From a virus (Duplodnaviria > Caudoviricetes), in IMG/VR virus record IMGVR_UViG_3300031951_000197, positions 1-55,578 of that record: 55,578 nt of DNA; one strand, written 5' to 3'. Position numbers and translations under genes: made by a program. This document shows, one piece after another, positions 37,852-45,484 of the stretch. Under the pieces are notes generated by a model that saw only the letters and a list, made by a program, of their open reading frames with translations, was not told the DNA's origin and ran no database searches. How positions within the stretch are numbered: position 1 is the stretch's first letter; each line of letters starts with the position of its first letter.

Positions 37852-37915
37852 AGATTAGGTAAGGTTGAGTGAGTGAGAAGGGCTAGAAGAAATTCTAGGA
37901 ATCTTGCGAATTGAC

Positions 37916-37944
37916 TTGACAAGGGTAGTTAGGTTTAGTAAGGT
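37916..37944 (+). promoter_or_regulatory. Early promoter P3
   Basis: TTGACA-17 bp-TAAGGT, 32 bp before the first early ATG. Confidence 0.75.
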
Positions 37945-37976
37945 CAAAGGGTAAGGGAAATACAAGAAAGGGAAAC

Positions 37977-38147
37977 ATGACTAGGAAAGATTACGAGAAA
38001 ATAGCCGCCGAAATTTGGTTAGTCCGTCTCATGGCTAATAGTGACCAAGTAACTTTAGATAGGGTGGCTAGTTGTTTGGCCGTAGTATTCAAGGAAGATA
38101 ATCCACGCTTCCAGATGGATAAATTTTTAGAGGCTTGTCGATTCTAA
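37977..38147 (+). CDS. First early protein, 56 aa (MTRKDY...DNPRF...FLEAC)
   Basis: Manual translation; GAAAGGGAAA SD; recurrent phage early-protein motif of unknown function. Confidence 0.8.
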   Translation: MTRKDYEKIAAEIWLVRLMANSDQVTLDRVASCLAVVFKEDNPRFQMDKFLEACRF

Positions 38148-38156
38148 CAAGTCTCA

Positions 38157-38201
38157 CCCTTAGTCCGATATAGTCGGCGCAGGCTCATGACCTACTAAGG
38201 G
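38157..38201 (+). ncRNA. Compact three-way-junction (mini tRNA-like) RNA element
   Basis: CCCTTAGT/ACTAAGGG closing stem enclosing CCGAT-ATA-GTCGG and AGG-CTCATGA-CCT hairpins. Confidence 0.5.
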
Positions 38202-38205
38202 ACTA

Positions 38206-38221
38206 TGTTCCACATGGAACA
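38206..38221. promoter_or_regulatory. parS-like palindrome, copy 1
   Basis: TGTTCCACATGGAACA, one base from TGTTCCACGTGGAACA; exact copy at 39381-39396. Confidence 0.55.
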
Positions 38222-38239
38222 TTACAACGAAGGGAAACA

Positions 38240-38395
38240 ATGCTAGAACAATTAGAAGTAACTGTCATTCACGATGACTACCTTATTCTCTATAGGTACA
38301 TAGGTGACGCTAACACTAAATGGCGTAGCATATTCGTGCATGGTGAGGATGAGGCTAAGGAATTTATCGCCACAATTAACGAGATAGGGAAATAG
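38240..38395 (+). CDS. 51-aa early protein
   Basis: Manual translation MLEQLEVTVIHDDYL...; GAAGGGAAA SD. Confidence 0.7.
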   Translation: MLEQLEVTVIHDDYLILYRYIGDANTKWRSIFVHGEDEAKEFIATINEIGK

Positions 38396-38409
38396 AAGGG
38401 AAACAACTA

Positions 38410-38604
38410 ATGGAAACATACATAAGCGCACATATGCGCCTAATAGAAGATACTGACGGCAACATAATCGACGCAGACTATTTCTGTAGCGATTCATGCC
38501 ACCAAAATTATTGCCTAATTTATAAAATACCTTATGAAGGATGGAACGGTTGCCACGAGGTTATGGCACCACAAGTATGCGAAAATTGTAAGAAGGAAAT
38601 TTAG
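38410..38604 (+). CDS. Cys-rich early protein
   Basis: FCSDSC and CENC motifs; SD present. Confidence 0.75.
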   Translation: METYISAHMRLIEDTDGNIIDADYFCSDSCHQNYCLIYKIPYEGWNGCHEVMAPQVCENCKKEI

Positions 38605-38616
38605 AAGGGAAAAATA

Positions 38617-38931
38617 ATGACATACACACAACAACAATTAGAAGAACTAGAGAACTATTGCGACGAGGAGAGGATTCTCTATGACGCATTTAGGGCATAC
38701 CTAGACAACATCCATGACCCAGAAGACTGGGCAGAACATAAAGGAAACTTTGAGGATGATTATGTAGGTGAATATTCTGATGGTGCAGAATTCGCTTATC
38801 AGATAGTGGATGACCTATACAACATTAACGAAGACTTGCGACACTATTTTGACTATGACGCTTATTGGAGAGACTTACTTTATGGTGGCGATTATTGGAT
38901 TAGCGATGACGGCCATATTTTTAGAGGATAA
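38617..38931 (+). CDS. ardA: ArdA-like antirestriction (DNA-mimic) protein, short form
   Basis: Very acidic; YVGEY...EFA...LRHYFDYDAYWRDL...G.IFR matches the ArdA C-terminal signature. Confidence 0.8.
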   Translation: MTYTQQQLEELENYCDEERILYDAFRAYLDNIHDPEDWAEHKGNFEDDYVGEYSDGAEFAYQIVDDLYNINEDLRHYFDYDAYWRDLLYGGDYWISDDGHIFRG

Positions 38932-38949
38932 CTAGAAAGGGAAATAGAA

Positions 38950-39132
38950 ATGGAAACAATATTTAAGGATAAGGAATTCATAATCGTAGTGAAACGAGGC
39001 TTGGAATTTGAGACTTCCGAATTAGACCACGCATTAAAAATTTTTGGTGAATGGTTTTCCAAAGGGTACACAGATACCGTGATTAAGGTTAGGAATACAA
39101 AATTACATTGGGATTATTTAGAAGGGAAATAG
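38950..39132 (+). CDS. Early hypothetical protein
   Basis: ORF with the repeated SD. Confidence 0.7.
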   Translation: METIFKDKEFIIVVKRGLEFETSELDHALKIFGEWFSKGYTDTVIKVRNTKLHWDYLEGK

Positions 39133-39134
39133 AA

Positions 39135-39329
39135 ATGGCATACGGATACTTAAATGACATAATGAAACTGGCACCAAAATATGCACAAGGCTTGGTACTG
39201 ACTTTACAACTACGCCACGCCGAACAATTTAATTCTAAGAGTGATTACCATTTAGGATATCGGCAAGCGTTATCGGATGTCTATGACTTGGCACAAGAAG
39301 AATCTAGAACGGGAAAGGACATTAACTAA
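39135..39329 (+). CDS. Early hypothetical protein
   Basis: Start placed at the ATG after GAAGGGAAATAGAA. Confidence 0.7.
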   Translation: MAYGYLNDIMKLAPKYAQGLVLTLQLRHAEQFNSKSDYHLGYRQALSDVYDLAQEESRTGKDIN

Positions 39330-39334
39330 TAAAC

Positions 39335-39363
39335 TTGACAAGGCTAGTTAGGTAGTGTAAAGT
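39335..39363 (+). promoter_or_regulatory. Early promoter P4
   Basis: TTGACA-17 bp-TAAAGT with the same spacer motif. Confidence 0.8.
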
Positions 39364-39380
39364 AGTTATCAGTAAGGGAA

Positions 39381-39396
39381 TGTTCCACATGGAACA
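39381..39396. promoter_or_regulatory. parS-like palindrome, copy 2
   Basis: Identical to 38206-38221. Confidence 0.55.
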
Positions 39397-39415
39397 ATTA
39401 CGAAGGGAAATAGAA

Positions 39416-39613
39416 ATGGATAAGAAGGTTAAGTGTTCATGTTGTGGCACGATGGTAGATAGTTTGGCTATCTTCCCAAACGATATGTGTTTATCGTGCT
39501 ATGCGATGGAACAAGACGCAAGGGAAAAGGCTATCGGTACTGTCCGATACATGGAAGAATTAAGACTAACAATACTAGGGACATTTGGTAGTCCCGTGAA
39601 GGGAAGGAAATAA
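39416..39613 (+). CDS. Zn-finger-like early protein
   Basis: CSCC...CLSC; SD present. Confidence 0.7.
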   Translation: MDKKVKCSCCGTMVDSLAIFPNDMCLSCYAMEQDAREKAIGTVRYMEELRLTILGTFGSPVKGRK

Positions 39614-39891
39614 TGGCAACGATGAAGGAAATTTATTTAGAGGCTTGGCATAGAGGCTATGACGGAGGCTTGGCAGATAAGGATAAAGGCTATGTCAATG
39701 ACAGTCCTTTATCTGGGGAATGGGCAGGGGAATCTATTCCCGAATTGTTAGGTGACCTAATCACGCAAGCGATGAACACAGGAATTAGTGTGCTAATGGA
39801 TATCGACGAAGACCACATTATTCAGGAATTGTGTGACGAATATGAGGATGGATATTTTGAGGCTAACGATATTGAAAGGGTATACGAATGA
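39613..39891 (+). CDS. Acidic early protein (PLSGEWAGES)
   Basis: ORF coupled by TAATG. Confidence 0.75.
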   Translation: MATMKEIYLEAWHRGYDGGLADKDKGYVNDSPLSGEWAGESIPELLGDLITQAMNTGISVLMDIDEDHIIQELCDEYEDGYFEANDIERVYE

Positions 39892-40073
39892 GTAAGTACA
39901 CAGTGAAAACAACAGAAACTATCTACCATACATATGAGTTTGAGGCCAATTCTGAGGATGAGGTTTGGGATATGTTGCAAAACTTGTCCGATGAACAACT
40001 ACAAAACGATGACCTATATGGTGAACAATTTTTCGAGGTTACAGAAATTACAAAGGAAGGGAATGAAGGATGA
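39888..40073 (+). CDS. Acidic early protein (YTV...EAxSEDE; DpnD/PcfM-like)
   Basis: Paralogue of 40282-40470. Confidence 0.7.
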   Translation: MSKYTVKTTETIYHTYEFEANSEDEVWDMLQNLSDEQLQNDDLYGEQFFEVTEITKEGNEG

Positions 40074-40285
40074 AGGCTAGTGAATTAGCAAATACGGTAG
40101 GGAAGGTAGGCGTACTGAGAGTATCGGGAACAGCACTACTATTTGATGTGAAGGTATGTGACGCACGGTATAGGTACGGCCATCTAGATTATTTGGTGTC
40201 ACCTATCGCTGGTGGTGGTGAGACTTGGCACCAAAGTGACCAAATTACTTTTCACGATACAACTACAGAAGGGATAGAAGGATGA
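40070..40285 (+). CDS. Early hypothetical protein
   Basis: DARYRYG..DYLVSP..G.GETW; translationally coupled. Confidence 0.7.
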   Translation: MKASELANTVGKVGVLRVSGTALLFDVKVCDARYRYGHLDYLVSPIAGGGETWHQSDQITFHDTTTEGIEG

Positions 40286-40470
40286 ATAAATATACGATAG
40301 TTGTAGAAGAAATTATCTTTCACACTTACAAGGTAGAGGCAGTGTCAGAAGATGAGGCTATGCACAAGATAGGTGAATCCCAATGTGGCAACGATGAGTT
40401 TCTAATCGGTAGTCAGGGTACATGGAATACATATTATGAAGTAGAGAATGTAGAAGGGAATGAAGGATGA
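40282..40470 (+). CDS. Acidic early protein, paralogue of 39888-40073
   Basis: Shared KYT...HTY..EA.SEDE and EGNEG C-terminus. Confidence 0.7.
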   Translation: MNKYTIVVEEIIFHTYKVEAVSEDEAMHKIGESQCGNDEFLIGSQGTWNTYYEVENVEGNEG

Positions 40471-40772
40471 TTACTGAGGCTAAAACTATTTGGGAATTCT
40501 TGGAAGAAGAACATCCCAAGGCTAAGGGAACTAATGCGTTGTTTCAATGGTCATTGAATTATGACTACGACATACGACCTTTTAATTTGTTTCTTGACTT
40601 AATCGGATGGTCGGCAGAACATTATGGTTCACCTATCTTTGATATGACTACGGTACATATGACGGTAGGTTACATGGAAGCCGATTATCTGGGTGACGCA
40701 TTGAAGGAATGGGCAGATGACCCACATAGCGTTGAGTCTTGGATTGAAACTCTTATGGGATTAGAGGACTAG
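40467..40772 (+). CDS. Early hypothetical protein
   Basis: 101-aa ORF; translationally coupled. Confidence 0.75.
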   Translation: MITEAKTIWEFLEEEHPKAKGTNALFQWSLNYDYDIRPFNLFLDLIGWSAEHYGSPIFDMTTVHMTVGYMEADYLGDALKEWADDPHSVESWIETLMGLED

Positions 40773-40774
40773 AC

Positions 40775-40966
40775 ATGAAATATATGAATGTGAGTAAGAC
40801 TGTTACCTATGACATCGAACAAGTACGGGAATCCATGAAAGATTTGGGTATGGATTGTGACAGCGATGAGGATTTGATTGCGATGATAGAAGGATTTGTG
40901 GTTGATGATTTTCGTGGTGACAGTAAAGATTTGTATTGGGTAGATGATGAAGGGAACGAATGGTGA
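40775..40966 (+). CDS. Acidic early protein
   Basis: GAGG SD. Confidence 0.7.
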   Translation: MKYMNVSKTVTYDIEQVRESMKDLGMDCDSDEDLIAMIEGFVVDDFRGDSKDLYWVDDEGNEW

Positions 40967-41178
40967 AGATTAGAAAGTATCGTGTGGTGGACTATCGCAA
41001 ATGGGATAGGGCTAAATGCACAGTGTTGGTAGTGTTGGTGGTGGTCACCTATATGATGATGTTGTACGACAACGGTACACATGACAAGATTGGTGTGTCA
41101 TCGTGGGCATTGGTTCCGCTTGTTCCAGCAGGTTTGTTGGCGTGGAATCTTTTTATTAAAGAAGGGAAAAAGAAATGA
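40960..41178 (+). CDS. Two-TM early membrane protein
   Basis: Two hydrophobic segments; SD present. Confidence 0.65.
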   Translation: MVKIRKYRVVDYRKWDRAKCTVLVVLVVVTYMMMLYDNGTHDKIGVSSWALVPLVPAGLLAWNLFIKEGKKK

Positions 41179-41366
41179 TAGATATTAACTACAACAAATT
41201 ACAGGAAGCCTTGTGGCAAGCAGAAAGAGCATTGGGTGACTGGGTTATGTGTGGCTATTGTGACGATAGCGCATTGTCCATACTGCGTACATTGAAGTTA
41301 GACTTGGAATACGCACACAAAGCGTGGTCTAATTTGGACACTGTTACGATTATTGTGGAACGGTAG
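41175..41366 (+). CDS. Early hypothetical protein
   Basis: SD and ATGA coupling. Confidence 0.65.
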   Translation: MIDINYNKLQEALWQAERALGDWVMCGYCDDSALSILRTLKLDLEYAHKAWSNLDTVTIIVER

Positions 41367-41379
41367 AAGGGAAACGGAC

Positions 41380-41493
41380 ATGAACGACAGTCACACTTGG
41401 GCAGAATACGAAGGGGATGTGGTCTGCATAGTATGTGATAGCAGGCCATGGGGAAAGTCTGCGAAGGAACCATGTGAATCGGAGACTGAGTAA
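41380..41493 (+). CDS. 37-aa Cys/His microprotein
   Basis: MNDSHTWAEYEGDVVCIVCD...; GAAGGGAAA SD. Confidence 0.55.
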   Translation: MNDSHTWAEYEGDVVCIVCDSRPWGKSAKEPCESETE

Positions 41494-41740
41494 AGTCTTA
41501 GAGGTTACCATCCGAAGATACCCCAAGTCAGTCTTACCAATACCACGCATACTGTTCATAGCAGTACGGCAACATGGTGATGTGGTCATAGGATATTGGG
41601 CAGGGTATCATCCACGAAGGAAACACACACGGCTGGTGACCAAAGACAAAGCGTGGTGTGCGAGCAGACGGCAGATGAAATCGGCAATCAAAGGAAACAA
41701 CCTAGAAGGTTATCTGACTGTTCGTTTCTGTTGTATAGAA

Positions 41741-41968
41741 TTACTTGGTGTAAGGTTTGCGCCACACAGAAGGTGAATGGTTGTCCTCTACTTGTTGGCG
41801 TGTAATGTCATCCTCGTACAGTCTGATGATATGGATACATGGGTCATTACCGTTCAACCATTGTTCTTCTTCCGCTGGCGTTTCTGGCATACCGTCATGC
41901 GTGTAACACACAGCAGGGCCACACCATCCACTATCCATCCCGTACTGTAGCCAGTCAAGGTAATTCAT
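41741..41968 (-). CDS. Conserved phage protein, homologue of 4027-4278
   Basis: GWCGPAVCYTHDGMP...DPCIHIIRL. Confidence 0.8.
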   Translation of the reverse strand: MNYLDWLQYGMDSGWCGPAVCYTHDGMPETPAEEEQWLNGNDPCIHIIRLYEDDITRQQVEDNHSPSVWRKPYTK

Positions 41969-41979
41969 CTTCTTGCGTT

Positions 41980-42381
41980 TCATTTTGTTCCTTTCTTGTA
42001 AGACTTAATGCGTTGATAGTTCGCTGACACACAAGGCTGGCAACGGCAACCTCGTGTCCACATCGAGCGTGTACCATGCACAGCAGTACCGAACGACTGG
42101 GTGGAGTAGCGACGGTACTTGCGTTCCGCTGGTGTTTCCCCTGCCCACATACCGAACGGTAGGACATCTGGTTGTGCTTCTTGTTCGTCACAGTAGGCAC
42201 GGCATTGTTGCACCACGGGACATGACGCACATATCGCACGGGCTGGTCGCCATGCGGCGACACTGTTCCCTTGAATCTCAGGGAAGAATACTGTTGTTGG
42301 TACCCCTAGGCAGGCTCTTGCCCGTCTCCAGTCGAATTTTACGGCGTTCAAGTTGGCGTTCACGAGGAGACATACCCCCAA
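41980..42381 (-). CDS. whiB: WhiB-like protein fused to an HGT...GCRC..C motif
   Basis: AC...CASCPVVQQC and GMWAG; start uncertain. Confidence 0.8.
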   Translation of the reverse strand: MGVCLLVNANLNAVKFDWRRARACLGVPTTVFFPEIQGNSVAAWRPARAICASCPVVQQCRAYCDEQEAQPDVLPFGMWAGETPAERKYRRYSTQSFGTAVHGTRSMWTRGCRCQPCVSANYQRIKSYKKGTK

Positions 42382-42610
42382 ATAATCCGTGTGCTATATA
42401 GTTTTCGATTGCGTATTGTCGGCAGTCCAACAGTACGGGGCAGGTGTCGCATAGTTTTCTCCCTTCACGGTATGCGTCTTTGGTGTCTGCGTCTGAGAAA
42501 AAGTAGTAGGTTGGTGCATCTATGCAGGCTGCGTGTTTAGTCCACGGGCCTGCTTTTTTGTACAGTATCGGTAGTTGATACGGGTCCTCAGAAGGGTTCG
42601 TCTGTTCCAT
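42278..42610 (-). CDS. whiB: WhiB-family regulator
   Basis: AAC...CDTCPVLLDC and GLFGG.S..ER. Confidence 0.85.
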   Translation of the reverse strand: MEQTNPSEDPYQLPILYKKAGPWTKHAACIDAPTYYFFSDADTKDAYREGRKLCDTCPVLLDCRQYAIENYIAHGLFGGMSPRERQLERRKIRLETGKSLPRGTNNSILP

Positions 42611-42971
42611 ATTGCACCGTTCCCTTGGCTGGTTGGGTGCCTCGTTCGCTGACGGCGACATCATATTTAACTGACACACCTACTTCGTTGGCGATGATTT
42701 GCACACGATAGTTTTTCTTGCCATCTTTTTCGTAACTGGTTTTTTCCAGTCTGCCGATGACAATAACTCTGGTTCCTTTGGGGCATGACGCTGCGATGTT
42801 TTCTGCTTCGGCTCCGAACGCTACACAGTCATGCCATGTTGTTTCTTTTTCTTTGTCTGCGCCTTTAAGCATGGTGGTGCCGACTGAGAATGACAGTACG
42901 GCTTTGCCTGCTTGGCTGAATCGAAGTTCGGGTTCTTGTCCGATGTTACCTACGATGTGAATGTTGTTCAT
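42588..42971 (-). CDS. ssb: Single-stranded DNA-binding protein
   Basis: OB-fold SSB with DEPF tail; start placed at ATG 42971. Confidence 0.95.
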   Translation of the reverse strand: MNNIHIVGNIGQEPELRFSQAGKAVLSFSVGTTMLKGADKEKETTWHDCVAFGAEAENIAASCPKGTRVIVIGRLEKTSYEKDGKKNYRVQIIANEVGVSVKYDVAVSERGTQPAKGTVQYGTDEPF

Positions 42972-43108
42972 TGTTCCTTCTTGGTTAGTGGCAGGTGCCT
43001 GTTTGCTTTTTTCTTGCAGGAGTGCGACGGCGGTTCTAAGGGTGTTATGTAAAGAGTGATGTTTTGTCCACATGATTTACATTCCCATTCTGTTTTCACC
43101 GTTGTCAC
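42968..43108 (-). CDS. 46-aa Zn-ribbon-like protein
   Basis: WECKSCGQNITLYITPLEPPSHSCKKKANR; homologue of 3564-3704. Confidence 0.7.
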   Translation of the reverse strand: MTTVKTEWECKSCGQNITLYITPLEPPSHSCKKKANRHLPLTKKEQ

Positions 43109-43668
43109 CCCCAATAGATTTCGTAAGTTGGTTCTCCAGCATACTTCAGGCAGTTGTTGTTTGACAAGCCTTTTGGTGGTATGAATTTGCCTGCCTGGGT
43201 TGTGTACCCGTATATGGTTTTGCGTAAGTAGATAACTTTTTGTTGGTCGTAGGTTGTTTCGTTAGCCCAGAATGTGCCTGTGAGTTCGCGGCCACCGTAG
43301 TACTCGAAGGTTCCCGACCCGTTGGCCGTTGTCCAGAATCCAAACGCTCCACGGAATGTGGCATTGGGTCCGTATGCTTCGCTTGCGTTGCCGATGTGGG
43401 CGGGGTCTTGGCTCGTTTCGCATTGTGCTATCGCTTCCATGAATTTGTGGGTGAAGATTTGTTTCCCTAAGAATTCTTTGTACGGGTTGTTGATGAGGTC
43501 CCATATGTGAATGAGTTGTGCGCCAACTCTGTAGGTTTCAGCCAGGTTTTCAACTTGTGGGTTGGGTGCTGGACTGGTGGGTGCTGTTGCTATGTGGGCT
43601 TCAGCAGTTAGGTTGCTTGCCGCAAACAGGGCGACGGTTAGCAAGATGGTCTTCCGTAAACGAGTCAT
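43105..43668 (-). CDS. Secreted Rpf-like lytic transglycosylase
   Basis: Signal peptide ending A-E-A; IAQCETS...TFEYYGG...TYDQQ; homologue of 4275-4832. Confidence 0.7.
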   Translation of the reverse strand: MTRLRKTILLTVALFAASNLTAEAHIATAPTSPAPNPQVENLAETYRVGAQLIHIWDLINNPYKEFLGKQIFTHKFMEAIAQCETSQDPAHIGNASEAYGPNATFRGAFGFWTTANGSGTFEYYGGRELTGTFWANETTYDQQKVIYLRKTIYGYTTQAGKFIPPKGLSNNNCLKYAGEPTYEIYWG

Positions 43669-43688
43669 TGAGACTCCTTTCGTGAATG

Positions 43689-43895
43689 TTAGATATCGAA
43701 GCGGAACTTAGATTTTTCTAGTTCTAGTGCGGCGGTTAGTAAGCCGATGGTTGATGTTGCTCGCTGGTTTTCCAGGCCAGTAAAGATGAGGTGGTCTTCA
43801 CCTCTGTCGTCTACATAGTTTACTACAAGGGTGTAGCCGACTATGACTCCAGGGATTTCTTCGGAGATTGCGTCGAGGATGAAGTCGTTATCCAT
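43689..43895 (-). CDS. Hypothetical protein
   Basis: 68-aa ORF. Confidence 0.6.
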   Translation of the reverse strand: MDNDFILDAISEEIPGVIVGYTLVVNYVDDRGEDHLIFTGLENQRATSTIGLLTAALELEKSKFRFDI

Positions 43896-43912
43896 TCATG
43901 TACCCTAGCAGG

Positions 43913-44056
43913 TCAGTCCCTGTACTGCCATTCGGCGAGGTCTGCTCCGTCTGGGCCGTTGTCGCAGACACATTCTTCTTCTTCACATTCTTCGCAGGGT
44001 TCGTCACCGTTTCCTTCTACTATGTTGAGTAGCCAGGTGTCGTAGTCGGTTCCCAT
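43913..44056 (-). CDS. 47-aa acidic Cys-rich protein
   Basis: Manual translation MGTDYDTWLL...CEEC...CVC; GAAGGGA SD. Confidence 0.55.
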   Translation of the reverse strand: MGTDYDTWLLNIVEGNGDEPCEECEEEECVCDNGPDGADLAEWQYRD

Positions 44057-44080
44057 TGTTAGTCCCTTCTATTAGTGGTG

Positions 44081-44242
44081 TTAATCTTTTTTACTAAGTA
44101 ACGCTGATAGTGCTTCTTCTGCGTCGATTACTTTCTGTTGTATCCACGGGTCTGCTGATGCGACATGGCGAATGACATCACGGATGTTCACAAGTGTTTG
44201 TCTTGGTACAGCAACGGTGCGTGGTGGCCGTTTGGTTGTCAT
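44081..44242 (-). CDS. 53-aa hypothetical protein
   Basis: Manual translation; ATGA-coupled to the resolvase gene. Confidence 0.5.
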   Translation of the reverse strand: MTTKRPPRTVAVPRQTLVNIRDVIRHVASADPWIQQKVIDAEEALSALLSKKD

Positions 44243-44574
44243 GTTCGGTCCTTCTTAATTTCGTTCAACAATATTTCGAGTGGCATGACAGCATACCATT
44301 CTGCTGGGTTGGTTGTGCCTTTCTTTTTGGCGACAACAAATCCAAAGTCTGCGTTTGCGTTTACCATTTCTTGTTGTAGTTCTTTGACCCATTCTGCGAG
44401 TGTAAGTTTGGCGTGGTTCTTCACCTCGATAACTACACCTGGGATTCCTGTGATGTCACCTTTGTCGTTGATGCCGTGAAGCGCACGGCGTTCAGCGTGG
44501 ATGAATCCGTTGTCTTGCAGGTAGCGCACGACTGCTGTTTCTGCTGCTGTGCCTTTGGCTCGTTGTTTGCTCAT
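44239..44574 (-). CDS. Holliday junction resolvase-like nuclease
   Basis: KGTAAE...DKGDI...EVKN. Confidence 0.8.
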   Translation of the reverse strand: MSKQRAKGTAAETAVVRYLQDNGFIHAERRALHGINDKGDITGIPGVVIEVKNHAKLTLAEWVKELQQEMVNANADFGFVVAKKKGTTNPAEWYAVMPLEILLNEIKKDRT

Positions 44575-44658
44575 CGCTTTGGACCATTACGAAAATGTTC
44601 TGATACTACTGTTGCAGTAAAGATGATGAGGGCAAGGCCATGAAACACAATCAGTATG

Positions 44659-45483
44659 TCAACCATCGGTGGTTTTCTTTTCGATGTCACGCTTCAAGGT
44701 GTCAATCATAACCAATGCTTCTTCTGTGGTCAATTCCACAATGTCACGCAGGTCACGGCCCGTGGTGAAGGCCGCTACCGACAGCAGGCCATCGTGGTCT
44801 AATCCAAGTTTGCCTTGTGCAAGTGACAGTTCTCGTATCTGTGCTTTGCTGATACCACCTGGACTTACTGGTGTTGGTTCGGCTGGTGCGGCGACAGCAT
44901 CTTTGAACAGTGTGCGTAGTTTGTTGAAGTCTGCTTCGGTTAGTTCGTTTGAGGGCTTACCGATTTGTGTGAGCAAAGTATCTGGGTCAATGTTCTTGTC
45001 GGTGCAGGCTTTAACAAATTTGTCGTAGTCAGATTTTGCTACAAGTTTTGGTGGTTCAGGTTTGGTGAGGTCTTCCCATTCTTGTTTGGTCCACAGTGAC
45101 AGACAGATACCGAATCGCATAGCGGCGTTACGCAGGAAGTCTGATACAAGTTCTTTGTCGAGGTCTGGTTTGTGTGCTTCACATGAACCGACAGCAACAC
45201 GGGTGGTGCCGTGAATGGTGAGGCGACCCCACATGGTTGCCATTTCAACTTCCATGTTGGAACCGCCACGCTTCACTGTTCCTTTATGAATGTGAATAGC
45301 GGGTCTGCCTTCAATCCAGTCGCATGGTTCCCATGTCCACATCGGGTCCACTTCGATAAGGATTCGGGTGATGTCAGCATGACCAACAAAGTCGAGACTT
45401 GCTCCACCTTTTTCTAGTTTGCCGACAATCTTTTTATCTGGTACTGCCCAATCGTTGAGGGCTTTCAATAACGGATGTTCCAT
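44659..45483 (-). CDS. Sak/Rad52-like ssDNA-annealing protein
   Basis: LDFVGHA.IT..L.EVDP.W...RLTI.G...KELVSDFLRNAAMRFGI..LW. Confidence 0.8.
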   Translation of the reverse strand: MEHPLLKALNDWAVPDKKIVGKLEKGGASLDFVGHADITRILIEVDPMWTWEPCDWIEGRPAIHIHKGTVKRGGSNMEVEMATMWGRLTIHGTTRVAVGSCEAHKPDLDKELVSDFLRNAAMRFGICLSLWTKQEWEDLTKPEPPKLVAKSDYDKFVKACTDKNIDPDTLLTQIGKPSNELTEADFNKLRTLFKDAVAAPAEPTPVSPGGISKAQIRELSLAQGKLGLDHDGLLSVAAFTTGRDLRDIVELTTEEALVMIDTLKRDIEKKTTDG

Positions 45484-45484
45484 T

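Noticed and set aside
38157-38201. Bona fide tRNA gene
   Set aside because: Only about 45 nt, lacking a full cloverleaf and a canonical TTC T-loop. No tRNA or rRNA was recognised anywhere in the window.
41435-41776. 113-aa plus-strand ORF at the end of the early operon
   Set aside because: It overlaps both the 37-aa gene and the converging minus-strand gene and lacks the operon's SD motif. It may be real from GTG 41474 but is not supportable.
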